Assembly: GCA_963662265.2 (NCBI GenBank)
Contig: CAXXHA010000013.1
Coordinates: forward strand, 64,001 to 128,000
Direction of reading: 5' to 3'
DNA: 64,000 nucleotides
Origin: Spirochaetia bacterium
GTDB taxonomy: Bacteria; Spirochaetota; Spirochaetia; CADAEX01
A program made the position numbers and the translations under genes. Positions 30,077 through 39,912 of the stretch are shown here, piece after piece. How positions within the stretch are numbered: the stretch's first letter is position 1; every line of letters starts with the position of its first letter. Below the pieces are notes generated by a model. It was not told the origin of the DNA, ran no database searches, and worked only from the letters and a program-made list of their open reading frames with translations.

Positions 30077-30295
30077 TTATTTTTCCCTGTAGATTATTCT
30101 TCCCCTGGTCAGATCATAGGGAGAAAGGGCAACTTTTACTTTATCGCCCGGTACAATTCTAATGTAAAATTTTCTCATTTTTCCTGAAAGATGAGCAAGT
30201 ATTACATGTCCGTTTTTAAGTTCAACTTTAAACATTGTATTAGGAAGTGATTCCTTTACAATTCCGTCAATTTCAATAGCTTCTTCTTTAGCCAA
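30077..30295 (-). CDS. infA: Translation initiation factor IF-1
   Basis: [11 protein letters not shown]...[10 protein letters not shown]...SGKMR...[16 protein letters not shown]; TTG start. Confidence 0.98.
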   Translation of the reverse strand: MAKEEAIEIDGIVKESLPNTMFKVELKNGHVILAHLSGKMRKFYIRIVPGDKVKVALSPYDLTRGRIIYREK

Positions 30296-30453
30296 GGTTA
30301 TTTAATCCTCATTTAATAAAAATATATAGTTTTAGCAGTCTAGCTTATAATATTTTAATAAAAAATCTTTGTCAACAAAGATAACAGTTGACAATTGGCG
30401 ATTAATTGTGCAAATTACGATGCAGTAAGAGATTGCTTTTCAGAGGTTTAAAA

Positions 30454-30813
30454 ATGATTGATAATGATTTCAAAGAGAAAATGAAAGAATCCCTTTTAAG
30501 GCTTAAGGAAGATATCATGAAAAATCTGATATCAGAAAATGATTCATTCAAGTCTCTTATTGAAGATATGGATCCGAAAGATCTTGTTGATGTAGCAGCA
30601 GATGATATCGACAGAAAAATGCTTGAAGCTGTAAGCTCTCAGGATATCAGACGATTGAGGCTGATTGATTCTGCATTATCACGGATTCAGAACGGACGGT
30701 ACGGAGCATGCATGAAATGCGGAAAGAAAATACCTTATGAAAGACTTGAGGCGATTCCATATGCACTTATGTGTATTGCATGTAAAAGTTCCGATGAAAA
30801 AAACAGAAAGTAA
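30454..30813 (+). CDS. dksA: DksA/TraR-family C4 zinc-finger protein
   Basis: DLVDVA (DxxDxA), YGACMKC...RLEAIPYALMCIAC. Confidence 0.88.
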   Translation: MIDNDFKEKMKESLLRLKEDIMKNLISENDSFKSLIEDMDPKDLVDVAADDIDRKMLEAVSSQDIRRLRLIDSALSRIQNGRYGACMKCGKKIPYERLEAIPYALMCIACKSSDEKNRK

Positions 30814-30840
30814 TTTAATATAGTATATAAAAACTGAAAA

Positions 30841-30867
30841 GCTGTTTCCTTCATATGAGGGAACAGC
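30841..30867 (+). terminator. Hairpin downstream of dksA
   Basis: GCTGTTTCCTTCA/TGAGGGAACAGC inverted repeat; no clear U-tract on the + strand. Confidence 0.45.
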
Positions 30868-30951
30868 CGTGCGAGTTGTGTTAATTTAAAATCAGTTTTA
30901 ATAAAAAATATTTATTTCTAATTGTTTTCAATAATATCCTGAATTTCATTC

Positions 30952-30979
30952 TAAGCATGTTTCAATTCTATTCCGATAT
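30952..30979 (+). promoter_or_regulatory. Putative sigma28 (FliA)-type promoter
   Basis: TAAG-16nt-TCCGATAT, ending 17 nt upstream of ATG 30997. Confidence 0.55.
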
Positions 30980-30996
30980 AGTAATTGAGGACAGTA

Positions 30997-31383
30997 ATGG
31001 AAACAGGATCAGTATCGTTAAACAGAGCAATATCTCTTCCCCACATAGTCAGAGCCAGTTATTCAAAGAGCAAGATATCTGTTCCTGTAAGTTCTGCAAG
31101 TATCGGATATGCAAGATTCAAGCACATTAAAGGTATTCCCTCATTCCCCGGAAACGGAGGGTTTTCTGTAACAAGGCTTAAACAGCTTGATACAATGATA
31201 GATTTTATCAGCAGAATGAAAAATGAATCTGTTTCTATCGATCTCGGAAGCGGTGATGAATCTGCCCTGGAACGGATGGCTGAAGAATACTCAAAGCTTG
31301 TAAGGGAAAAGATTGTTTCCCCCCTGTTTGCATACAGTTCCGGTAATTATTCTCCCGGTTCAATTCTCAATTTAACTGCCTGA
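30997..31383 (+). CDS. Hypothetical protein
   Basis: ORF with GAGGA RBS; C-terminal GSILNLTA. Confidence 0.7.
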   Translation: METGSVSLNRAISLPHIVRASYSKSKISVPVSSASIGYARFKHIKGIPSFPGNGGFSVTRLKQLDTMIDFISRMKNESVSIDLGSGDESALERMAEEYSKLVREKIVSPLFAYSSGNYSPGSILNLTA

Positions 31384-31384
31384 A

Positions 31385-32578
31385 ATGTTATTCATTGTAT
31401 TGATTATAATAATTGTAATTCTTTTTTATCTTCTCATCCCCGGAGCCGGCGCTTTTTATGCCAGAAACCAGTGGAAAGATTTCAGAAGCAATATAGTTGA
31501 ATCAGGATATTATCCTGTTCTTGACTATCTCAGTTTCAGGGGTAAACGTGATGATGATTTCCCCGGATTATACCGTTTCTACGGCAGGGTGGAAGCTATT
31601 CAGAATGAAAATGAAATATGGCTGAGACAGGGCAATTTTACTGTAACAGCAGATCTGACCGATGTTAAAATATATATTATAAGAAGTGGTATTTCAGATT
31701 CCCCAGATAATTCCTTTTTGGAGCATGCCGGCAGCACAATCGCCGATGAAATGCCGCAGATACTGACCTGGGACAGGATATTTTCTCTTCCTGAAAACAG
31801 TGAAATGATGATAGCAGGGCCTCTTTTCAGGACCGGGGGAAAAGGGGTTTTCAAAAATACTGAAAATGAAAAACTGACTGTAATACTGTATGACGGGAGC
31901 AGTGAAACTCTTTTAAAGAGGGCTGTATGGAGCGGAAGGCACAGGAACGAATTCTGGAATTATCTTACCCCCATATCTGTAATAACCGGGGCATTTGCTC
32001 TGTTTATAACTACATATACGATATCAGCTGGTATTTATTCTGAAATATTCAGGGTATTTTCCCTGTCTCTCAGCCTTCTCCCGGTTGTACCTCTTTTCCC
32101 TCCCGGTGTTGTTTTCTTTTTTCTCTACCGCAGGCTGTGGAAGGATGCCCGGTTTATCAGAGCTGAGCGGGACATTTTAAACCTGCCGTTAAGATTTTTC
32201 CATGAAGAGGATTCTCTTTTGCCGTTCAAGACTGCTGAATTTGCAGATGAAAAAGCATACTGTTTCCGGAAAATCCATGGAACAGAGGCTGCAGAGGAGA
32301 TATGCAGGGCAAATAATGTCAGAATAAGGGAAAGTTCAGCCGACAGGTGCAGGGGTGATGTCTATTATTATTTTTACAGGAAAGGCTCTGAAACGAGAGA
32401 CTTGCCGGATGGGGATCCAATGCTTGAGAATATTGTTCTCTGCAACAATCCCTGGATAAGCAATAAAAAATGCAATGCTGCTGCAAGAAAAAAAGAATAC
32501 CTGTCGATATTTGTCTTCTGTACAGGACTTTTGATTAATTTTATTTTTGCTTTCTTTTTTCTGGGGCTTCTTATTTAA
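31385..32578 (+). CDS. Hypothetical membrane protein
   Basis: 397-aa ORF with N-terminal, two central and one C-terminal TM segments; 1 nt after the upstream stop. Confidence 0.7.
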   Translation: MLFIVLIIIIVILFYLLIPGAGAFYARNQWKDFRSNIVESGYYPVLDYLSFRGKRDDDFPGLYRFYGRVEAIQNENEIWLRQGNFTVTADLTDVKIYIIRSGISDSPDNSFLEHAGSTIADEMPQILTWDRIFSLPENSEMMIAGPLFRTGGKGVFKNTENEKLTVILYDGSSETLLKRAVWSGRHRNEFWNYLTPISVITGAFALFITTYTISAGIYSEIFRVFSLSLSLLPVVPLFPPGVVFFFLYRRLWKDARFIRAERDILNLPLRFFHEEDSLLPFKTAEFADEKAYCFRKIHGTEAAEEICRANNVRIRESSADRCRGDVYYYFYRKGSETRDLPDGDPMLENIVLCNNPWISNKKCNAAARKKEYLSIFVFCTGLLINFIFAFFFLGLLI

Positions 32579-32674
32579 ATTGCGGATAGTTATTAATTAA
32601 AAACTGATTATTTGAATTCCGGATGCACTGAAGAGCCGGAATATTAAAAAATATCTCTTCAGATTTATCAAAAA

Positions 32675-33847
32675 TCAGCTTCTTTTTCTTCCCCTGCCTG
32701 AAGACTTCTGGTTTCTTGTGTTTTTTGCATGATTTATGCTGAATTTTCTTCCTCTGAAATTCCAGTCATTTAGTTTTTCTATCAGAAGTTCAGCAGAATC
32801 TGCTGATATCTCTATAAAAGAATAATTATCGAGAATTCTTATCTGTTTTATCTTGTCCCTGTCAATATCAGCTGCGTTTTTTATGATTTTATAAAGCTCT
32901 CCGCTGTACAGGCCCTTGTTTTTCCCGGTATTCAGGAAGAGAGTCTTTGTATTTCCGGCAGTATCTCTTCCCCTTGCTGTTCCTCTGCCCTTAGAATTCG
33001 CATACATGTTGAAAAGATATGCTGTGAAGTATTTTCTCAGGAAAAAGGGTACATTCTTTTTAATAATCCTGTTAAGACTGTTCAGTTCAACAGCATCTGC
33101 TTCCTCTTTGATTTCCCTGATTATATTTTCAAATAAAATTTCGTACTTGTCTTTACTGTCAGCTGATTTCATATTGTTTTTTTCCTCTCTGATGCTTTCT
33201 GTTTTTTTCCACTCTTCTTTGTTGATAATAACTGCTTTTTTAATAAGCTGAGACAGAATCTCTATTTTGTGGCTTTCTTCTGTGAATGCAAAAAAACGGG
33301 ATTGTGAAGATATTTTTGAAAAGATGAATTCAAGATCTTTTTCAAAATCTTTATAATCAGTAATATCTGTATCTTCGATTACCGCTGTCTGTAATCCTTC
33401 AAGATTGAGATTATCCCGTCTTATATGGTCAATAAACCGCTCAGCTGTCCCAATTATTATATCCGGCTGTTTCTGAAGAAGCCTGTATTCTTTTTTTACA
33501 TTCTTCTCAGTGCCGATAGTTACTGTCTGCAGGCTTGTCAGTTTTTTCATGAACAGCTTCCTGAACTGGCTGCTTATTGATTTTATGTTCCGTGCTGAAG
33601 ATGCAATAATTATGATTTTCAGCCCGGGATAGGAAAAATCTGTCTGCAGCATTACAGGCAATGCATAACTGAGTGTCTGTCCTGAATGTTTTTCTGACTG
33701 TATAATTAAATTTTTATTCTGGAATGCCGGAGGGACTACTTTTTTCTGCAGCGGTGTTAATTCATTGTAGCCGCATTTTTTAAGTATATTATTTATTTTT
33801 TCCCAGATTTCCGGATCGATTTTTTGTAGCAAAATAATTTCCTGCAA
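32675..33847 (-). CDS. Degenerate DEAD-box N-terminal domain fused to DbpA-type RNA-binding domain
   Basis: Q motif GYNELTPLQ; altered motifs HSGQT, GTAERFIDH and IEDTD; C-terminal LFLNTGK...ILDNYSFIEI. Confidence 0.8.
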   Translation of the reverse strand: MQEIILLQKIDPEIWEKINNILKKCGYNELTPLQKKVVPPAFQNKNLIIQSEKHSGQTLSYALPVMLQTDFSYPGLKIIIIASSARNIKSISSQFRKLFMKKLTSLQTVTIGTEKNVKKEYRLLQKQPDIIIGTAERFIDHIRRDNLNLEGLQTAVIEDTDITDYKDFEKDLEFIFSKISSQSRFFAFTEESHKIEILSQLIKKAVIINKEEWKKTESIREEKNNMKSADSKDKYEILFENIIREIKEEADAVELNSLNRIIKKNVPFFLRKYFTAYLFNMYANSKGRGTARGRDTAGNTKTLFLNTGKNKGLYSGELYKIIKNAADIDRDKIKQIRILDNYSFIEISADSAELLIEKLNDWNFRGRKFSINHAKNTRNQKSSGRGRKRS

Positions 33848-34179
33848 GAATTTTAACTTGTAGTTAACATAGTATCAGTTAAGAAAATTGTCAATGAATT
33901 AAATTTAAATTAAGGAAATCATAAATACTGATATGGGAAAAAAGCTGAAATTATTCAGTCAGAGCTCTGCTCTTTATCCGCTTTTCAGTTATTTCCTGTT
34001 TTCTGCAGGAAATAACGATTAAAAGACAGAATATCCGGAAATACAGCTTCTGAATATGTACTAAACTGTATTTTATATGACTGTATAAAAGGTAAACTGC
34101 CGAAAATTATAACTGTATTCAGATATGTTTTAATTTTCTGAATTATACAAGCTGTAAAAACAATGAAAGGAGTCAAAAA

Positions 34180-35370
34180 ATGAAGAAAAAATTAACCTTG
34201 CTACTGCTTATGATGTTTTGTCTTCAGCCGCTTTTTTCTGAAGTTTTTAAATATAAATATGAAGAGGGAGAACTCTACAGGATAGTATCTGAAGTTAATG
34301 AGGATGTATATCTTAATAATGTACATTCACATTCTGCCGAGGTTCTGAATAAAATTGCTGTCGAGGTGAAAAAGGCTGATAAGGGGAAGGGGCTTATGTA
34401 CGGGCTCTTTCAGACTTCTGAAAAAAGTATCGGAAAGTTCTCCACATATTCTCTTTCAAATGAATATGAATCTCTTTTCTGGCGTGATGCGGCTGGAAAG
34501 TATGAAATAGAAGATAAATATTACATGCCTGTTGTAAGGAATGTTCCTCTCTTCCCTGACAAAGACCTGAAGCCGGGCGATACATGGAGCGGGACAGGGA
34601 CTGAGGTTCATGATTTCAGGAGAGGATTCAATATGAAAGAGCCCTACCGCTTCCCTATAAATGTCTCATACCAGTACCTGGGAAAGGATGAAACAGGTCT
34701 CTATGATCTTATAAGCGTTAAATACAGTGTATTTTACAAGACAGATAAATATTATACATCAAAAATATATCCTGTGCGTGTCTCCGGCCGGTCGGAACAG
34801 CTTATAAAATGGGACAACAGGAATGGAAGGCCTTACAGCTATTTCGAAGAGTTCAGCATGATATTTGACCTTTCAACAGGAGATTATGTCGAATACACAG
34901 GAAGAGCTGAAGCCGAAGTTGTTGATTCCGAGAAGCTGGACAGGGAAAAAGTCAAAAAAGATATTGAAACAGATCTTGAAACATCAGGAATTGACGATGT
35001 ACGGGTTGAAGCTGTTGATGAGGGGGTAAAGCTTGTCCTTGAAGATATACAGTTTCTCCCTGATTCGGCAGTCCTTGTGCCCGGGGAAATAAGAAAAATA
35101 GAAAAAATAGCTGAGATCCTTAAAAACATGCCGGGAAGGGATATCCTGATTACAGGGCATACTGCTCTTGCCGGGACTGAGGAAGGACGAAACCGGCTTT
35201 CTGTTGAACGGGCTGCTGCAGTTGCAGATTACCTTTTTAAACTGGGCGCAAGAAAGGAAAAAGAGGTGATGATTCAGGGCAAGGGGGCCCGGGAACCTGT
35301 TGCAGACAACAGCACTGAAGACGGGATGAAGAGGAACAGGCGTGTTGAGATCACAATACTTGAAAACTAA
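34180..35370 (+). CDS. OmpA-family peptidoglycan-binding envelope protein
   Basis: Signal peptide; C-terminal IQFLPDSA, ITGHTA, LSVERA and NRRVEI motifs. Confidence 0.9.
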   Translation: MKKKLTLLLLMMFCLQPLFSEVFKYKYEEGELYRIVSEVNEDVYLNNVHSHSAEVLNKIAVEVKKADKGKGLMYGLFQTSEKSIGKFSTYSLSNEYESLFWRDAAGKYEIEDKYYMPVVRNVPLFPDKDLKPGDTWSGTGTEVHDFRRGFNMKEPYRFPINVSYQYLGKDETGLYDLISVKYSVFYKTDKYYTSKIYPVRVSGRSEQLIKWDNRNGRPYSYFEEFSMIFDLSTGDYVEYTGRAEAEVVDSEKLDREKVKKDIETDLETSGIDDVRVEAVDEGVKLVLEDIQFLPDSAVLVPGEIRKIEKIAEILKNMPGRDILITGHTALAGTEEGRNRLSVERAAAVADYLFKLGARKEKEVMIQGKGAREPVADNSTEDGMKRNRRVEITILEN

Positions 35371-35372
35371 TT

Positions 35373-36554
35373 ATGAACAGACGATATAATAATTTTAAGA
35401 AGATAATTGCAGGGATAAAAAGCGCCGGATATATAAAGGGACTTATAGTTGTGGTTTCAGTCTTTTTTATTTCCGTGTTTTTGATTTTTATTTTTGAAAA
35501 TGGAAGAAACAGGGAATTTAATACTCTTGCAGACAGTTTCTGGTGGGCTATAGTGACTTTCAGTACAACCGGTTATGGAGACAAAATACCTGTAACACCG
35601 AATGGGCGGCTGCTTACCGTATTTACTATTTTATTCGGATTTTCATCAATGAGTTTTCTTTCAGGTATATTTGCATCAGTTTTTGTAGACAGAAAAAACA
35701 GAACCAGGAGAGGATTAATGGATTTTTCAAGGAAAAAGGATCATATTATTATTTGCGGCTGGAAAGACAGGATGGAGAATATTCTTGAGGATATTATAAA
35801 AATGGGATCAGGCGTCTCTCCATCCAGGCTTGTCCTGATATCCAATATCCCTTCTGACAGGGCAGCTGCTCTAAGAGAGATCGAATCTCTGAAAGGTCTC
35901 ATGTTTGTAAAAGGTGATTATTTTTCTGAAGCAGCCCTTAAACGGGCAAATCTTAAAAAGGCTAAAAAAGTCATAGTACTGGCAGATACCTATGAAAACA
36001 AGACCGAGACAGAGACAGATTCAAAAACTGTAATGACTGTATTTACAATAAAAAGTCTTGCAAAAGATGTTTATATCTGTGCAGAGTTGCTGGATCTTAA
36101 ATATGAAAATTATCTCAGGCATGCAAAATGTGATGAAATAATTTTCCCGAATGAATTTAACCGGAAGATTCTTGCCAGTGCAACTGTTGTAAACGGTATG
36201 TCCAATATAATTTTTGAAATGCTTTCTAATTCAAACAGCAGTACCAGGCTTCTTACAGAAAAAATCCCTGATAAGTATGTCGGGCAGAAATACCGTGATT
36301 TCAGGTATTCATTTGATGCCAGAGGCAACAGAGTGCTTATCGGAGTTCTTGAAAACACAGGATCGCCGTATAATCTTAAAATTGAGGCACTCCGGGAGGC
36401 TCAGAAAACTTCAGATGTATCCATGCTTGTTGAAAATTTCAAGAGCGTTAAAGATCTTAAAGTAAACAGCCCTATGTTTGTCCCTGGCGATGAATACCTT
36501 ATTTGTGCCCATTCAATGGCTATTATTCTTGAAAACAAAAGGAATTCAGCATGA
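35373..36554 (+). CDS. Two-TM potassium channel with RCK/TrkA-N domain
   Basis: FWWAIVTFSTTGYGD selectivity filter; HIIICGW RCK start. Confidence 0.92.
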   Translation: MNRRYNNFKKIIAGIKSAGYIKGLIVVVSVFFISVFLIFIFENGRNREFNTLADSFWWAIVTFSTTGYGDKIPVTPNGRLLTVFTILFGFSSMSFLSGIFASVFVDRKNRTRRGLMDFSRKKDHIIICGWKDRMENILEDIIKMGSGVSPSRLVLISNIPSDRAAALREIESLKGLMFVKGDYFSEAALKRANLKKAKKVIVLADTYENKTETETDSKTVMTVFTIKSLAKDVYICAELLDLKYENYLRHAKCDEIIFPNEFNRKILASATVVNGMSNIIFEMLSNSNSSTRLLTEKIPDKYVGQKYRDFRYSFDARGNRVLIGVLENTGSPYNLKIEALREAQKTSDVSMLVENFKSVKDLKVNSPMFVPGDEYLICAHSMAIILENKRNSA

Positions 36555-37054
36555 ACAAGGCATCTGAAGATTATATAAATGATAAAATCAGGAATAATCC
36601 TGTATTTGAGCAGGTGCCGCATGATAATCTGTTCCTGGCAGAGTTGTGCGGTAAATTCAGTGTTAAAAAATTCAAATCAGGTTCAGTTATAGCTGAAGAG
36701 GGCAGATCTTCCTCTGCTCTTTATATTCTTGTTTCCGGTGAGGCTGAAATAATAAAGAAAACTCCTGCAGGAGATACATATAATACGGGATTATTTACTG
36801 AAAAGGATAATTTCTCGTTCGGTGAATTTTCCCTGATAAGGGATGATTTCAATGAATTCACAGTAAGATCTGAAACAGATACTGAATGGGCTGTCCTGCC
36901 TGGTGAAAAATTCCGCGCCTACTCCGATTTGAATCCTGAAGCTGGTTTCCCTGTTGTTTTCAGGGTCGCAGAAATGCTCTCTGATGAGGTTAACAAGGTC
37001 AGAAGAGACATGATGACGCTGTATGAAGCTCTTGTTCATGAAATTAAATCATAA
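36551..37054 (+). CDS. Stand-alone cyclic-nucleotide-binding-fold protein
   Basis: IAEEG, LYILVSGEAEI and FGEFSLI motifs; ATGA overlap with the channel gene. Confidence 0.8.
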   Translation: MNKASEDYINDKIRNNPVFEQVPHDNLFLAELCGKFSVKKFKSGSVIAEEGRSSSALYILVSGEAEIIKKTPAGDTYNTGLFTEKDNFSFGEFSLIRDDFNEFTVRSETDTEWAVLPGEKFRAYSDLNPEAGFPVVFRVAEMLSDEVNKVRRDMMTLYEALVHEIKS

Positions 37055-37109
37055 AATCCTTTACTTTCGCTTCCCTGAAAAACTATATTTAATGTAAAGG
37101 GAGATTAAA

Positions 37110-39074
37110 GTGCCGTTAGACAGAGAAGAAAACAAAACAGGTGAACGTAAGTCGGAAGCAAAAGACAATAAACAGTCCGGAAAATGGGGCTGGGGAAGCG
37201 ACAGCAATGATTCCGGACCCGGAAAAATACCTCCGATATTTCCTCCTCACATAAACAAGGGGCAGTTTCATTTTTCTATATGGTATTTTGTGGCTGCGAT
37301 GCTTCTTGTTATGATACTTAATTCATATGTAAAGGACCAGATCCAGGAAAAAATTCCCTACAGCATATTCAAGCAGAAAATTGAAGATGGCGAGATTACA
37401 GTAATCCAGATGAAACCTGATTATTATTACGGTGTTTCAGGTGAATTTACAGGGGATTCTACAATCACCTCTCAAGAAGTTGTTTACAAGACAGTTCCTG
37501 TTGAGGATCCCGGCTTTATTGAACTTCTGGACAAAATGAATGTCAAATATGGGGCTATCAAGGAACAGAATACATATATCATAGATCTCCTGTTCGGCTG
37601 GCTGCTCCCGTTTGCAGTTCTAATGTATATCTGGAGAATAATGTTCAAGAAAATAGGAGATCCCGGTGCAGGGGTTATGAGGTTCGGGAAGAACAAGGCC
37701 CAGATCGTTGCAGAGGGAGATACCGGGATTACATTTGATGATGTAGCAGGTGTTGATGAATCCAAGGAAGAACTTGAAGAAGTTGTTGATTTTCTTAAAA
37801 ACTCGGGAAAATACCTTGATATAGGGGGAAAGATTCCCAAGGGTGTCCTTCTCGTCGGACCTCCGGGAACAGGAAAAACACTGCTTGCAAGAGCTGTTGC
37901 CGGAACTGCTGAAGTTCCTTTCTTCAGGATGAGCGGCGCGGACTTCGTTGAAATGTTTGTAGGTGTCGGCGCCGCAAGGGTAAGGGACCTTTTCAAGCAG
38001 GCGCGGGAAAAAGCGCCATGTATTGTGTTTATTGATGAGCTTGATGCGATAGGTAAGAGCCGTCTGGCTGTTGCAGGGGGCAATGATGAACGGGAACAGA
38101 CCCTTAATCAGCTGCTTGTGGAAATGGATGGTTTTGATTCAACTACCGGTGTAATAATTCTTGCAGCGACAAACAGGCCTGAAGTCCTTGATCCCGCACT
38201 GCTCAGGGCAGGCCGGTTTGACAGGCAGGTTGTTGTTGACAAGCCTGATCTGATAGGCAGGGAGGCAATTCTCAAGCTGCATGCAAGAAATGTGAAGATG
38301 GATGCGACTGTTAATTTCGGTGAAATTGCCAAAGCTACATCAGGATTTTCCGGGGCTGATCTTGCAAATATTATCAATGAAGCAGCACTTCTCGCTGTAC
38401 GCGATAAACGCAAGAAAATAAACCAGGAAGATCTTCACGAGGCAATTGAGAAAAATGTTGCAGGTCTTAAGAAAAAGAACCGTGTAATGAACAAGCATGA
38501 AAGGCAGGTTGTCGCATACCATGAAACAGGACATGCGCTTGCTGCCGCTTTCACCGAAGGTGCGGATCCTGTTCAGAAGATTACAATAGTCCCGAGGGGA
38601 ATAGGTGCGCTTGGGTATACTCTGCAGACACCTGCGGAAGACCGTTTTCTTCTTACAAAAGAGGAGCTTCTGGGAAAGATTGATGTCCTCCTTGGCGGGA
38701 GAGCTGCTGAAAAGATAATTTTCGGGGCAGTTTCAACAGGCGCTGCAAATGACCTTACCAGGGCGACTGATATTGCCAGGAAAATGATTACAGATTACGG
38801 TATGAGCGAAAAGTTTGAAAATGTTGTCCTTACAAAACGGGGAAGCGCATTTCTTGGTGAGCAGGCTGCTCCGCAGATGGCTAAGGAATATTCAGAGCAG
38901 ACTCAGCAGTATATTGACAGCGAGATTACTGAAATAATAAATTCCCGGTATAAGCATGTTATTGATATGCTGTCAGCGAAAAAGGAGCTTATTGAGAAAA
39001 TAGCGCTCAGGCTGCTTGATGTTGAAACAGTAGCTGCGCTTGAATTTAACAGCTATGTGGATCAATACAGGTAA
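37110..39074 (+). CDS. ftsH: ATP-dependent zinc metalloprotease FtsH
   Basis: Two TM segments; [14 protein letters not shown], second region of homology and HETGH zinc motif. Confidence 0.97.
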   Translation: MPLDREENKTGERKSEAKDNKQSGKWGWGSDSNDSGPGKIPPIFPPHINKGQFHFSIWYFVAAMLLVMILNSYVKDQIQEKIPYSIFKQKIEDGEITVIQMKPDYYYGVSGEFTGDSTITSQEVVYKTVPVEDPGFIELLDKMNVKYGAIKEQNTYIIDLLFGWLLPFAVLMYIWRIMFKKIGDPGAGVMRFGKNKAQIVAEGDTGITFDDVAGVDESKEELEEVVDFLKNSGKYLDIGGKIPKGVLLVGPPGTGKTLLARAVAGTAEVPFFRMSGADFVEMFVGVGAARVRDLFKQAREKAPCIVFIDELDAIGKSRLAVAGGNDEREQTLNQLLVEMDGFDSTTGVIILAATNRPEVLDPALLRAGRFDRQVVVDKPDLIGREAILKLHARNVKMDATVNFGEIAKATSGFSGADLANIINEAALLAVRDKRKKINQEDLHEAIEKNVAGLKKKNRVMNKHERQVVAYHETGHALAAAFTEGADPVQKITIVPRGIGALGYTLQTPAEDRFLLTKEELLGKIDVLLGGRAAEKIIFGAVSTGAANDLTRATDIARKMITDYGMSEKFENVVLTKRGSAFLGEQAAPQMAKEYSEQTQQYIDSEITEIINSRYKHVIDMLSAKKELIEKIALRLLDVETVAALEFNSYVDQYR

Positions 39075-39255
39075 ATGATTGAAAAGATCAGGGCCGGAAG
39101 ATGAGACCTTTTAATCCCGGCCCTGAGATGTTTGTTATGATAAAAATATTTATAATTCAGTAATTTATTGACAGTGTTAAAACAGCTGCCGTGAATAACC
39201 GGTTTTTTCCTGGATAGCTGGTTTTCCCCGGAATAATAAATTTATTAGACTTAAA

Positions 39256-39909
39256 TCAAATAGTTTTCAGATTGTCTATCCCTATGCTGTCAAAGCTGTC
39301 TATTATGATGTCTGCTGCTGAGAGATCCTGGCTGCCGGAAGCAGGGTTTCTGAATCCTATGCACTTCATCCCTGCAGCCTTTGCAGCTGTCACGCCGTTG
39401 AGGGAGTCTTCGATTACCACGCATTCCTCTGTCCCCGTGCCGAGTATCTCAGCTGTTTTAATAAAAATATCGGGAGAGGGCTTTCCATGCTCCATATCAA
39501 CCCCGCTGACAATCACAGGGAAATATTCAGAAAGACCGGTTTTTTCAAGCACTGTTGAAATAAGCCTGCTGTGTGAGGATGAAGCAACCGCTGTTTTCAG
39601 TCCTCCGTCCCTCACATTCCTGATAAGCTCTCTGACACCTTCTATAGGTTCGAGTTTTTCAAGAGATGCAAAATAGGATACGCGGGCTTCTGTATCTTTT
39701 TCAGCAAGAGAATCAATGCTGTCTTTCAATCCATGGCTTTTCTTCAGCCTTCCCCACATTTTATCCAGGGCAAGCCCTACAAAACTTTCCAACTCTTCAT
39801 CAGTAATACTTATCCCTAATTCTCTAAGGAGTTGTTTTTCAACTTCAAAATGATAGGGTTCTGAATTAACCAGAACCCCGTCCATATCAAATATAACTGC
39901 CTTAATCAT
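39256..39909 (-). CDS. HAD-superfamily phosphatase (beta-PGM/CbbY-like)
   Basis: DMDGVL, ASSS, KPSPD and IEDS motifs. Confidence 0.92.
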   Translation of the reverse strand: MIKAVIFDMDGVLVNSEPYHFEVEKQLLRELGISITDEELESFVGLALDKMWGRLKKSHGLKDSIDSLAEKDTEARVSYFASLEKLEPIEGVRELIRNVRDGGLKTAVASSSHSRLISTVLEKTGLSEYFPVIVSGVDMEHGKPSPDIFIKTAEILGTGTEECVVIEDSLNGVTAAKAAGMKCIGFRNPASGSQDLSAADIIIDSFDSIGIDNLKTI

Positions 39910-39912
39910 CTT

